Shown here: piece after piece, positions 26,335-39,199 of the stretch | Position numbering within the stretch: position 1 is the first letter of the stretch | Layout: each line of letters begins with the position of its first letter | DNA from: Felis catus | Lineage: Eukaryota | NCBI RefSeq assembly: GCF_018350175.1 | Contig: NC_058373.1 | Coordinates: 114,640,001 to 114,704,000 of the forward strand | DNA: 64,000 nt | Direction of reading: 5' to 3' | Program-made: the position numbers and the translations under genes | Notes under the pieces: generated by a model | The model's input: the letters and a program-made list of their open reading frames with translations, nothing else | Database searches by the model: none | What the model was told of the DNA's origin: nothing

Positions 26335-26857
26335 CTGGCAATAAAAAGAAAAAGAGTCAGCATCTGGCTTCCTCTCAAACAAACCTGCTCAGCCCATCTT
26401 ATCCAAGAAAAAGATGCCATCCCAAGGGGCCATTCAGGATATATGTCTCTTGGATGGTACTTAGGGTGTTTCATTCATCATTGTGTTTTATTGACACATA
26501 CACAAAAAAGTCTCTTTTTTTGGCAGTCTCTCTTTTTTTGGCTAATTTTCCATGGACTCCCTCCTTTTTTTTGAAATGACACATTCTCAGAATCTTAAAA
26601 TCTGTTCACAAACCTGGCAAAGCTAGGTTGCTCAGAACTATATTGTGGCCAGTCTTGGTTCATGGTGTGACCTCATATTACCCACTGGCGGCAGCTCTGA
26701 TGGAGAAACTCACTACTGTGCTAGAATGTCCCCAGACACTGTTTTGCCTCAATTGTCTCTACCTGACATGATGCTAAAGAGAAATAAAGACAAGAACAGA
26801 AAAAGCAGTCTGAGAAGAAAGCACGAACATGGGACACAGGAGACAGAGGGCACCTAC

Positions 26858-27071
26858 CTGGTCACGATCCCCTGCAAAGCAGCAACTTTTCATGGTGCAA
26901 GAGTTGAAGTAACCCTGATTGTCAAACTGGAACACAGGCAGGCGGGAATGGATGTCATAGAGCACAGGGGGCAGGCGACGCCTCAGGGCCAGGAGCTGGG
27001 TCCCGTTGCTGTTGAACCGCACACTCATGGCACTCTGGAGGGACAGGTTGCCACCATAGCGCAGGAGAGAA
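26858..27071 (-). CDS. DCAF5: DCAF5 coding exon (probable exon 6, 214 nt): (S)SLLRYGGNLSLQSAMSVRFNSNGTQLLALRRRLPPVLYDIHSRLPVFQFDNQGYFNSCTMKSCCFAGDRDQ
   Basis: Within ORF 26774..27118(-). Acceptor ctttctgcctttCAG|T, donor CAG|GTAGGT. Confidence 0.96.
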
Positions 27072-27695
27072 CTGAAAGGCAGAAAGCATAGGGATTGGCC
27101 ATGAAGTAGGTGGGACAAGACTCTGCAAAATGTACCACATTTACTTTTTCCCAGAATATGTCCAGAATCTCCTGTCAGGCTTATACATCTGAATTTTGGC
27201 AGATGTATAAGAAAGGTTATTTCTATGCAGTGGGCTAGAAGGTAACGATGGGATAAGAATGGCTCCTTGATTTCATCAAACCAAGTTATTTAACCTGTCG
27301 TTTCCTCTTTTCAATCTCCAAAAGGTGAATTACCAATAAATTTACAGGAAATAAGTAACAAAGCATCATGAGAGAACAGACATATTAAAATGATTAGTTA
27401 TTTCATTTGCCTGAGCTAACTACGTAATCAGATAGATGATACTCACCAAGTCCCTGCGAGGTGAGTCGTGTCCACTCTAACTGGCTAATCATGGATGACA
27501 TTTAAGGGACATATTTATCCTTGTATTAGAAATACAGAGCACATCAGCAGAAAAACAGATACTTTACTATTTATGCTGGATATTTTTTCCATAAATAATC
27601 ATCATTTTATTAAACAGTTATTTTTGAATTTTTAATCTGTTCACAGAAAATTTTTATATTCTATATGGCATAACTAGAGACTAAATACTAAACAA

Positions 27696-28385
27696 GTTTT
27701 TAAAAATTTATTTATTATTTAATTTACATCCAAGTTAGTTAGCATATAATGCAACAAAGTTTCAGGAGTAGATTCCTTAATGCCCCATACCCATTTAGCC
27801 CATCCCCCCTCCTACAACCCCTCCAGCAACCTTCTGTTTGTTCTTTATATTTAAGAGTCTCTAATGTTTTGTCCCCCTCCCTGTTTTTATGTTCTTTTTG
27901 CTTCCCTTCCCTTATGTTCATCTGTTTAATACTAAACCAATTTTTAATTTTTTTTAATGTTTATTTATTTTTGAGAGAGACAGAGACAGAACGAAAGTGG
28001 GTTACTGGCAGAGAGAGAGGGAGACACAGAATCTGAAGGAGGCTCCAGGCTCCGAGCTGTCAGCACAGAGCCCGAAGCGGGGCTTGATTTCACAAACTGC
28101 GAGTTCACGACCTGAGTGGAAATTAAGAGTCAGACACTTAACCAACTGACCCACCTAGGCGCCCCTAAACAAATTATTTATTTTTTTATTTTATTTTATT
28201 TTTTATTTTAGAGAGAGAGAGGAAGCATGAGCAGGGGAGGTGGGCAGAGGGAGAGAGAGAGAATCCTAAGCAGGCTCCATGTTCAGGGTGGAGCCCAATG
28301 TGGGGCTGGATCCCACAACCCTGGGATCATGACCTGAGCCAAAATCAAGTCGGACACTCAACCGACTGAGCCACCCAGTTGCCCT
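27696..28385 (-). mobile_element. Truncated felid-type L1 (~27696-27927) followed by two Can-SINEs (~27940-28165, ~28175-28385)
   Basis: L1 3'UTR matches the other copies; repeated target motif (AATAC)TAAAC(A/C)A at each junction. Confidence 0.9.
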
Positions 28386-30375
28386 TAAACAAAAAATTTT
28401 AATTTAAATGCAGAGTAAGTAATATAACAATTAGAAAACCAAGATGACTTGTTTTCCATTGCAGTTCTCAACAAGTGTATATTTACTTTGATTAATACAT
28501 TTATATAGCTTCACAACGGAGAGTGATATGTTCTGGTTCACCTAATATCGTTCTGTAGTCTCATAATATTTCTAACATTTAAAAAAAGTCACACAGTATG
28601 GTTCCAATTAATTTCTTTTGATGATTCAGAAGATACTTTGAATTTTACAGTGAACTAGGATGGCCATGAACATTAACAATTATACAGTACTAAATAAAAA
28701 AGGGTGTGTATATGTGTGTGTGCTTTTATCTTTTCAGTAGTTAGTATCCTTGACTGGCTAGGCTATTTTATTATGAAGGGATGGACTGTTCACTGACCAC
28801 ATCATAACCAACGTCTCTTTTGTATTTTGGGTTCAATTCTTGGAGTACTGAATTACTGGTAGGAAAGTGAAGTTAAGTATATACATTGGGGGAGGTGCAG
28901 AAATTCATGTAACGTCAAACCTACTAACTTGTTTTGCCTCACACAGACTTTGTTGTCCTGGAAAGAAAATAATCTTAGTAGTTTTAGGGGGAAAAAGTTT
29001 ATAAATTCTAGGGAATCACAGAGCTGGAAAGGGCCTCAAGAGGCCTAAATTAGAGCCTGGCAGATTTATCTGAAACGTTTTTAGGGGAAAAAAAAAAAAA
29101 TGGCAGTTTACCAAGTGAAAACTTGAAGAGCTATATGCTACCAGAATAGATTTAATATTGAATGAAGAAAACACATTTTGTTTTTTCTTTGGCATGACAA
29201 TGATGGGGAAGATTAGGGGGACAGGAAAAGAGATACCCCATGGGAAAAGGAGCCCCTGAAACCACATGCAAAGATAGCTGCCAACCTGGCCTGATCACAA
29301 AAACCGTCTACACCAAATAGCGCCAGTAAGTCTTATGTCTCCCAAAAGCAGTGTTCTCACTAGAGGGAGGCGTGCTCTAGGTACAGAAACAAGGCCTGGG
29401 GCAAAACAGGCTTTAATCCTCTTATCACTGGAATGAAAGAAAAGAGAGAAAAGACTTAGGAAACAGTCCCTAGAACTCCAAACATCAAGGAGGAGCCTGG
29501 CACCCCTACGGGCCCCAAGTAATAATCTCTGTAGACAAATGTTCTTATAACGGTCCTAAACAGAGGCCGCACTCACTCACATGTAGAGAATGAATGACGG
29601 GGCTGTTAGAGTCCAGGCATTTCCTTTACAGGGTGCCCTAGCTGCCACAGGCATGTGGTGTTATCTAAACACTGAGCTCAAAAACAATAAGAGGCTTTCA
29701 ATCCAAGATCAGCATGGAGTGTACAAATAAACCACCGTCTGTAGAACTGAAGAGGAGCGGGGCGTGGAAACAAGACTCAACAAAAAGAAACTTGGCCAGC
29801 CCCACCAGCAACAGCAGCAGGGGTTTGCATCAGCTCAGGCATCCCTGACAGGAAAGCTGGGGCCACCAAGCAAACGCCCTTTCCATCAGTTAACAGGAAC
29901 TTCCTCTGCCGATTCTAGTCAGACCTGCAGAAGTCTGCCCAGGACAGGCATAGGGCCCATCCCAGCCCCACCCAAGCTCCTTGACCTACATGTGCAATCT
30001 AGCCACTCTAGGGGTTCTGTTTGTGGGTTCCGGGAGGGTCACTAATTTCTCCTGCCTATGCTTCTGGGCAGGGAACTCCTATCTCTCACACAGAGGGCAG
30101 GTAAGTAGGAATCTTGCTCCTAGAGTGTTTGGGGGTGCTAAAGAGCAGCTCTGAAACTGAATACTTCATGTTTGGGCATAAAATTAAATTCCTTCCAGAG
30201 GATGGAATGATACCTGAAATCTAGAAAGTGAGCTATGTTCACTATACTTTCTCAGCAGGGGTACTACAGCTGGTTCCTCCTGAATAGTATGCATGATCTA
30301 GTTCATTAGGAAGAAAAACCTTAGAAGCAGTTTGCCCACACAGTCAAGATAAAAACATAATGTCAAAGACGCTCT

Positions 30376-30560
30376 AGTTTACAGTTTCAAGCGTAATATG
30401 CATGAGAAATCATCTGGGACTTTTTAAAAAATGTGGATTCTCAGGATCCACCCCCAGATATTCTAATTCAATCTGGGAAGTGGGCCCAGGAATCTGAATT
30501 TAACAACCCCAATTAACTCTGATGCATGTGACTTTAAAACCACCCTTTTGAGAAACATGG
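30376..30560. mobile_element. MER5-like hAT MITE; a second copy lies at ~40950-41109
   Basis: 'gattctcaggatccacccccaga..gggcccaggaatctg..tttgagaaac'; second copy ends 'aagtttgagaaccactg'. Confidence 0.75.
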
Positions 30561-30969
30561 CTCCATTTTGGAATTTGGGGGGAGAGGAATCAGGAAGAGA
30601 AGGGAGAGTGAGGGAGAGTGGGGTCAGTGGGAAAACAATGTGGAAAGAAAGTGGATTATCAGAGGTTCAACAAAAAGGGAACCATACAATATGGCACTTT
30701 TTATAGCCCCTGGTCTATTAGCAGAAAGGACTCTATTTCCTTTAAAACTCAGAGTTCCCCTCTACCAACAATGCCTAAAATGCCTTTTTCCTGTCATCAA
30801 TACATTCCCCAAAGGAGAAGTTTCTCATTTCCTCTTGGAGAACTGAGGGAGGAATGCCTCAATCTTGACTTGCTTTCTGAACTCTGATCTTGGTAACGGA
30901 GATGCCAACTGTCTCCACTCCTCAGAGAAATGGCCACCATTTCGCACCAAACAAGATGAGCAGTATCTT

Positions 30970-31187
30970 TTTTTTTTTTTTTTTAATGTTTACTTATTTT
31001 TGAGAGAGAGGGAGACAAAGTGTGAATAGTAGAGGAACAGAGAGAGAGGGAGACACAGAATCTGAAGCAGGCTCCAGGCTCTGAGCTGTCAGCACAGAGC
31101 CCACTGCAGGGCTCAAACTCACAAACCGTGAGATCATAACCTGAGCCAAAGTCAAACACTTAACCGACTGAGCCACCCAGGCACCCC
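30970..31187 (-). mobile_element. Can-SINE with 17-bp TSD AAGATGAGCAGTATCTT
   Basis: TSD at 30953-30969 and 31188-31204. Confidence 0.93.
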
Positions 31188-32378
31188 AAGATGAGCAGTA
31201 TCTTGCAAGGACTAGCAACAAGTTAAAATGAGTTCAACTACAATATCTCTATTTAGAAAAATAAAAGCAATAAATCTATTCCCAACCTATCTTCAACCAA
31301 GGATTTGTCATAAAATACAACAAGAATGGGGTAGGAGGTAATCCAAGGGTCAGCATGTAAAAGATCCAGGACAAAAAGCAAGAGAACTTGGAACAACAGG
31401 AAAATATTTCTCACTAGTGTGGTCTCCTGGATTCCCCACCCTGCCCCCTGCCCCCCCCCCCCAATATTGAAATGGACTTCTTTATTGCTCTGGCAGGGTA
31501 AAAAGAACATTTTTAAAAAGTACTTGGCTAAGGCTAAGGTCTTGGAATAGAAGAGAAACAAGCTAAGGCTGTTTCCAAGGAAAGTGACTAGGAGTGTCAT
31601 GTTCAACACAAGACAGGGCATTGATAAAGTTTCCAAGATTAGACTTCATGAACCTAGGTTTCCATAAATCCACAACAAAGTAAATTCATCTCACAGTACC
31701 AACATTATTTTCCAAAGCCAACTGGCATGAGTTTCTAAGTGAAAGTTTCAATTAACACCCATGAAATGCACTATTATTCCAAATCACAGACATCAGAGCT
31801 GGTACTGGACAACCAGAGTGGCTAAATCAAGGTCCTCTGGTGGGGGGAAATCTCTCCCTCCCCTCCAGTTCTGCTTTAGGGCAGGATGACCTATAAGGAA
31901 TAAGGAAAATGTTGTACTTGCTATAACACAACCTGTAGAATATGACAAATCCCAAAGGACAGTAGAATTATGTAGAAAGTGAACAAGTTCAGGGAGTCAC
32001 CAATCCTATTAGCCCACACCAATCCTATTCAAGTGCGTTCAGGGTCCTAATAATCCCTTAAACCTATCTTTTATGTGAGTTAGTAGGAAGAGAACTTGGG
32101 CTTTCTTTTTTGTTTTTTCTACCATAATCCTCCGTTCCAAGATTGAGACTTCTCTAGAGGGAACCAGAACTGCTGGATAACCAGTATGAGAAAGAGATAC
32201 TGTGATATGTGACTAAACAAACTCACATTCCTCACTGCCAAGGCTTTCTGGCCTGAAATATAGATATAGGTTCAGTGTACCTGCTAAAATTTCCTTCTTT
32301 TTGAAGGTCCTGAAATTTAAGTTTGAGTGAAGTTAGCACAAGGGCCTGATAAATTTCTGATAAAGAGATCTTTAGATA

Positions 32379-32724
32379 AGGGCGCCTGGCTGGCTCAGTC
32401 GGTACAGCTTGTGACTCTTGCTCTTGGCACTGTGGGTTCGTGCCCCACATTGGGAGTAGAGATTACTTAAAAATAAAATCTTTAAAGACAAAAAAAGAGG
32501 GAGGGATTTTTAAAATATATTTTTTAATGTTTATTTTTGAGAGAGAGAGAGAGCGCGCGCGTGCGCGAGTTGGGGAGGGGCAGAGAGGGAGACACAGAAT
32601 CTGAAGCAGGCTCCAGGCTCTGAACTGTCAGCACAGAGCCTGATGAGGGACTGGAACTCATGAACCATGATCATGACCTAAGCCAAAGTTGGACACTCAA
32701 CCCACTGAGCCACCCAGGTGCCCC
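32379..32724. mobile_element. Short tRNA-like SINE (+, ~32379-32485) and Can-SINE (-, ~32515-32724) inside the repeat AGAGATCTTTAGAT
   Basis: Heads and tails visible; the direct repeat flanks the pair. Confidence 0.88.
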
Positions 32725-33649
32725 AAAAGAGAGAGATCTTTAGATGATAAAATGGCCTATCCAGTCCTCCATGAAGCAAACAAGGATGGCAGGCATTGCA
32801 GTGTTTCCAATCATCATCTTCCAGAACAGGGACATACCCAAAGTTGAAGGGACCTGAGCCTAAGTTTTTGCGTATGGCCCAGAGATCCCAAAAACCACAC
32901 AGAACCAAACAAGATCTCAAAATAAACTAAGAGGCACCACCATAACAGATTTGTTCTTGGACACTTGTGAATTTCCCATAGATAAGAACTCCACATTTAG
33001 TCATCTCAGTTCATCAGATGGCCTGGCTGATTCAAAATCCCCCTTCACTCCAAGCTGCAGAAAATACAGAGGCGTTTCATAAGCAGCCATTTAAATCTTC
33101 ACCTTAAAACAATTCTTGGTCCTAGCTTCTGACAGACATGACATTAGCATCAGCCCTGACCTCACAGTATATTAAACTGGGGAGGGAGAGTTTAATTAAC
33201 AGTGGTTGGCAAGAGGCAAGAAAAAACAAGGGAAGAGGGTGACTGGGATGGCAACAGTAACAGTGCTGAAGGCGTGGGTTGGAATATATGCAGGTAAATA
33301 GGCAGTGCTTGATGGCAGGACAGGAAGCTGGTGTGGGTCCACTGACTGTCGAGGTGCAAAGCCATAAAGCTGGAGGAATGTTAAAGAGCAAAGAGGCAAA
33401 GTCTGGAAAAAACCCTAAGCAGAAGAGGGTCTGAAAACAAAAATCACAATTTGTTACCTTTTTTTAAGAACTCCTATGCAAACAGTTGAAAACAAGAGGA
33501 GAGGAATATAAAGGAAAGGGTAGAAGGCCAAACTGCTGACTGATGAGACACAGCTATAGGAAGACAGTCTGTTTCTTACAGAAGCCATTCACTGAGAATG
33601 TATCCAAAAACCAAGATCACCTCTAGTTGGCAGTAATAGATATGTCTCA

Positions 33650-34360
33650 GGGCACGTGGTGGCTCAGTCAGTTAAACATCTGATTCTTGATTTTGGCTTA
33701 GGTCATGATCTCATAGTTCATGAGATGGAGCCCCGCATCTGCACTGTTAGCACAGAGTCTGGTTGGGATTCTCTTCTCCCCCTTCTTTCTCTCTGCCCCT
33801 TCCCTGCTCACGCATGTTCTTTCTCTCTCAAGATAAATAAATACATTTAAAAAAAAAAAAAAAGAAATATCTCAGGGGCGACTTGGTGGCTCAGTTGGTT
33901 AAGTGTCTGACTTCGGCTCAGGTTATGATCTCACAGCTCATGAGTTCGAGCCCCACATTGGGCTCGGTGCTTGTCAGCTCAGAGCCTGGAGCCTGCTTTG
34001 GATTCTGTGTCTCCCTCTCTCTCTGCCCCTCCCTCACTCACACTCTCTCTCAAAAATAAACAAACATCTAAAAAAAAAAAGGAAATATTTAGAATAATGG
34101 CTTTGAAACTATTTTTATAGAAACTCTTTGTAAAGCACATTAAAAAAATTTTTTTTAACTTTATTTATTATTGAGAGACAGAGAGAGACAGAGCATGAGC
34201 ATGGAAGGGGCAGAGAGAGAGGGAGACACAGAATCTGAAGCAGGCTCCAGTCTCCAAGCTGTCAGCACAGAGCCGGACATGGGGCTGGAACTCACAAACT
34301 GCGAGACCATGACCTGAGCTGAAGTCGCACACTTAACCGACTGAGCCATTCAGGTGCCCC
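33650..34360. mobile_element. Three Can-SINEs: ~33650-33862(+), ~33874-34080(+), ~34148-34360(-)
   Basis: Heads, CT/GA tracts and tails. Confidence 0.9.
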
Positions 34361-34499
34361 TGTAAGGTACATCTTATACTGCATCCCAGCACGCCCACAT
34401 TTAGCATAAATTCATTAAACCATACTTACCACCTACGATACTCTGATTTCTATATTTTTTTATTTAATAAATACTATGACTATCTAAATTGATTTCATG

Positions 34500-35173
34500 G
34501 CCCACAGAAATGTTAGAAGAGCTTTCTACCTTAACCTCCTTGCTTCCACTCTTGGCCCATGCTTCATTTATCCTGAATAGCACAGCCAGAGGGATGCTGA
34601 ACCATGCATCAGAACACATCATTTCTTTGCTAAAGATCCTCCAGTGGCTCCCCATTTACACCAAAGTAAAAACTAAATTCCTTTCAATGTCAATAAAGCC
34701 CTAGACAACTGCTTTCCCATCTCTGAATCTTTGACTCCGCCTCCCAGCATTTTTCTTACTTTCCTCTACTTCAACCACATGATGCCTCCTTACCAATCCT
34801 AAAACAAGTCAACTATGCTTCTACTTCAGGGTCTTTGCACTTGCAGATCCTGCAGCCCACAATGTTCCTCTCCAGATACGTCCTCAGTTCAGTCACTTAC
34901 TTCTTTATGCAAATATCCTCCTCAATCAGGCCCTTTCTGATACCCTGTGCAAAAATGCAAGCTCCCTCATACTCCCTGGCTCCCTTGCCTGCTTTACGTT
35001 TCTCTACTACATGAATCACCATCTTACATACCATATATTTTTATGTCTTTATTTTATTATTTGTCCTTTCCCATTAGACTATTAGCTTTTATATCTTTCC
35101 CCCACATACCCCAAGTGCTTAAACAGTGCCAAACACGTAGCAGTCATTCAATAAATAGCTGTTGAATGAATGA
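34500..35173 (+). mobile_element. L2 3' fragment
   Basis: 'cctccagtggctccccatt', 'cagggtctttgcacttgc' and the terminal 'ttcaataaatagctgttgaatgaatga'. Confidence 0.8.
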
Positions 35174-35883
35174 TCTAATGGATCACGAGCAGCAGTTTGA
35201 AAAACCCTGACTTTGGGAACATTAAAAAGAAAAACAGGCTCTACCAAAGTTCACATGTGTCCTGACATTTGTCTGCACATGAAACCTAATCTGAGAGGCA
35301 AGCAGCAAGGCAGCATAAAATTGGGAGAAATAGCAAGAGGCTTGGAGATCATCTGAATCAAAGTCCTCTTTGACAAAGAACCGGCACAATTTGCCAATGA
35401 CCATCCAGGTCGCCCCCTCTTCATAGGGTATCACCATACACACCTTTCAAGTAAGTTAAATTCATCTACCTGCTAATAAGTGGCCAATAAGAAGGAAGAG
35501 TTTAGCAGGCAGGCAGGTATCTTAATTATATCTTGTACTTTACAGTGAGTTTCTGATATTTGCAGAATAAAAGTTCAAAAGGAAAACTAATAATTACATT
35601 TGGGGAAGTCAAATTCAAGAAAGAAAATTCACGTCAGGGTTTAGAAAGTGAATGGTGAATCCCACAGGTTTTGAATATATGCCCTATCCAATTTATGTTC
35701 ACAAATAGTGATAAACATTCAGACTGATGGGTGTATGAAGATATATTAATATATTAATTAGACTACAGGATTTAGGTAATTTCTTTTTTTATGCCTTTCA
35801 TTTTATTTTTCCAAGTTTTTCTACAATGAACATGAATTTCTTCTGTAATCAGAAGAAAATATGTTATTTTAAAATATCATCTC

Positions 35884-36088
35884 GGGGCTACTGGGTGGCT
35901 CAGTCAGTTAAGCGGCCGACTTCAACTCAGGTCATGATCTCACGGTCTGTGGGTTCGAGTCCCACATCAGACTCTGTGCTGACAGTTCAGAGCCTGGTGC
36001 CTGTTTCGGATTCTGTGGCTCCCTCTCTCTCTGCCCCTCTTCAGCTCACTCTCTCTCTTTCTCTCAAAAATAAATAAACTTAAAAAAA
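35884..36088 (+). mobile_element. Can-SINE
   Basis: Head, CT tract and A tail; TSD-like ATATCATCT. Confidence 0.9.
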
Positions 36089-36533
36089 TATATATCATCT
36101 TATACACAGATCTTTTTTAACTAGGGGTCCACAGAAGACAGCTTTGAGAAAAGTATGAGAATAGTAAATTTAAAGACCTTCTTAATGGAAACTTCAAATA
36201 ATATGCTGCCCCATAGGATTCTGGTGCAGATGCTAAGTTTGAAATTAAATCATACTTTAAATTCACATAATGATAGTCAAAGAAAAATTTTCAGAGTCCT
36301 CTGAAAATTTCAGTGTCCCTTACTATCTTTCTCAATGAGGGCAAATAATATCCTTCCTTTGATAGATTTCTAAGTACTAAACAGGCCTATCTTAGTTAGC
36401 ACTGAACACAGTCAACAGGTTAGGTCTGAAATTACACTCAGTTTGATTTCTTTCTGCAGATCCCCCAATCCCACTTCCAAAGCCATAAATAAATGGCAAA
36501 GTCGTATTACTGGAAAAAAAAAAACAGATTCAA

Positions 36534-36765
36534 GGGGCGCCTGGGTGGCGCAGTCGGTTAAGCGTCCAACTTCAGCCAGGTCACGATCTCGCGGTCCGTG
36601 AGTTCGAGCCCCGCGTCAGCCTCTGGGCTGATGGCTCGGAGCCTGGAGCCTGTTTCCGATTCTGTGTCTCCCTCTCTCTCTGCCCCTCCCCCGTTCATGC
36701 TCTGTCTCTCTCTGTCCCAAAAATAAAATAAAAAAACGTTGAAAAAAATTAAAAAAAAAAACAAC
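36534..36765 (+). mobile_element. Young felid SINE (SINEC_Fc-type), TSD AACAGATTCAA
   Basis: TSD at 36523-36533 and 36766-36776. Confidence 0.95.
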
Positions 36766-37904
36766 AACAGATTCAAAATACAAAGCATTTTCTGCAGAAT
36801 CAAGAAACATTGTTCTTGGAAAGTCTTCTATACGTGGGTAAATTCATGAATAAATAAAGCCAAAATGATTGAGAGTGTACCAAGAAGTCCCTATCTAAAA
36901 TATGTGACTTGCAACAGATAAAATGCAAGTGGTCAAACCTGTTATTACGAAATAAAAAGTTCAAGCTACAAAGAATTCACTGATGGAATTATATACCACA
37001 ATAGATACTCTTAAAAAAGCAACTAGTTCATTTAATTTACAAAATGTTTATGTACACACTGTATCATCTAATCTTTACAGTGGGGATAACATTATTCTCA
37101 TTTCACACTGGAGGAAACTAAGGTCCTGAGCAGCGAGATGATTTGGTTCTGAGTACACAATAGGTAAGCAGCAGATGTATGGCCAGAAGTTTTTTCTGCT
37201 TCTTGGCTCACCAAGATTGCACAGAATACATGGTAGAGATGGATTATTCTACCCAGCAAAGTGAACAGTATCAGCATCGGAGCCAGAAGGATTCATCTAA
37301 GTCATTCACTTCACACTCTTTCCTTTCACATCACACTCATCTCTTCATGCATGCATTTACTAAATAAACATTTATTGAATACCTGCTAACTATTTTAGGT
37401 ATTGTGCTAGGCCCATGGATTCAAAGATGAAGATAAAGGGGGAACCCTCAAAAACTCATGAGGGACAAGAAAACCAACAGTTTCCTTTTATAACATGAAT
37501 AGTGTTATACAAAGGAGAACATGTGCTGTGAGACACAGGACGAACCTACCCTCCACTGAGGAGACAAGAATGAGTGTGGTCACAAAAGGTTTCTTAGAAG
37601 AAAAACCCAAGCTGACTCAACAGAAAGAGTCACAGAGTTGACTCAAATTCTTAACTGGCAAAAGAAATGAGATAAATCTGGATATGCTAATATATGGGTA
37701 AATTCCCAACACATACTGATGAGTGAAAAAGTCAAGTTGTAGAATAATTGTATAGCAGTAAAAACACATGCATATAGAGACAAAAGCATATACTACAAAC
37801 TCCTAACACTCATTATCCAGGGGAGGGGGCAGGGGACCAGATAGTCAGAAGGGACTTCAGCTTCACTGAAAGTTTTAAAAGGAGAATGCTATTAACAAGT
37901 ATTC

Positions 37905-37931
37905 ATATTTTTTTTTAAAGTGTTTATTTGT

Positions 37932-37985
<54 letters not shown>

Positions 37986-38163
37986 TGTGTGTGAGCGGGG
38001 GGAGGGGCAGAAAGAGAGGGAGAGACAAGAGAATCCCAAGCAGGTTCTGCACTGTCAGTGTGGAGCCCAACACAGGACCCAAATTCACGAACCATGAGAT
38101 CATGACCTGAGTGAGCCAAAATCAAGAGCTGGACACTGACCCACTAAGCCACTCAGTCACCCT
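37905..38163 (-). mobile_element. Can-SINE carrying a long (GA)n microsatellite (~37935-37982)
   Basis: About 24 GA units inside the SINE body. Confidence 0.9.
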
Positions 38164-38174
38164 AGTATTTGTAT

Positions 38175-38374
38175 TTTTTAACTTTTAATTTGGAAGTAAT
38201 TATAGAATCAGTGGAAATTGCAAAGAAACATACAAGAAAGTCCTTTGTACCCTTTGTCTAGCCTCCCCCAATGTTACCATCTTGCCTCACTATAGTATAA
38301 TATCTAAACCAGGAAATTTACATTGGTACAATCTACAGAGCTTATTCAGATTGTGTCAGTTACATAGGCACTCA

Positions 38375-38420
<46 letters not shown>

Positions 38421-38978
38421 TAGCTCTACGCAATTGTACCACATGTACAGCTCTGTGTAACCACCACAATTAAGATACTTAATGTGTACCATCATCACCT
38501 TACTGCTACCCGTTTATAGCCATGTTCACTCTCTCTATCCCTATTGCTAACACCTGGCAAACACTGTTCTCCATTTTTCACATATATTAGTTCATGTATG
38601 TTACATACATGGAATCATGCAGTATGTGTCCTTAGGGACTGACTTTTTCACATAGCATATGGTTCGTTTTTAATTTATAAAGGAACTATAAAACTATATT
38701 TCAGAGTAGCTGTACTATTATACATTCCCACCAGCAACTTAGGAGTGATCCAGTTTCTCCACATCTTCACCAGCTTTACTGGTGTATTTTTTTTTTTTTT
38801 AATGTATTTACTTATTTTGAGAGAGAGCCAGCGGGACAGAGAGAGACAGAACCCCAAGCAGGCTCCACACTGTCAGCACAGAGCCTGACACAGGACTTGA
38901 TCTTACCAACCATGAGATCATGACCTGAGCCAAAATCAAGAATTGGATGCTTAACCGACTGAGTCACCCAGGCGCCCC
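38175..38978 (-). mobile_element. Ancient L1 3' fragment containing (GT)n (~38378-38417), followed by a Can-SINE (~38786-38978)
   Basis: Antisense L1 motifs 'atggaatcatgcagtatgtgtc' and 'tacattcccaccagcaa'. Confidence 0.75.
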
Positions 38979-39199
38979 ACATTACTTATATTTTAAAAAG
39001 CTAAACTAAGAAGTCGGTCAATGTATTTTAAAACAAAGGGAGAGACAAAACTAGACATTCTTAGCTTTCTATGGACATACCTAACACCATCTATGAAATA
39101 TCTCTGTAACCCAAAAAAAGCCCAGGAAACAAAAAACAAAACCACCCACAAAACCCTGAATACATTTAAGCCCCAAGATCTAAAACCAATTTATAGAAA

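Noticed and set aside
26774..26857. In-frame read-through of the exon 6 donor adding 27 hydrophobic residues
   Set aside because: The donor CAG|GTAGGT is strong and short open extensions are expected by chance; no evidence of retention.
26645..27091. 148-aa plus-strand ORF
   Set aside because: Antisense shadow of DCAF5 exon 6; no recognisable domain and a non-ATG start.
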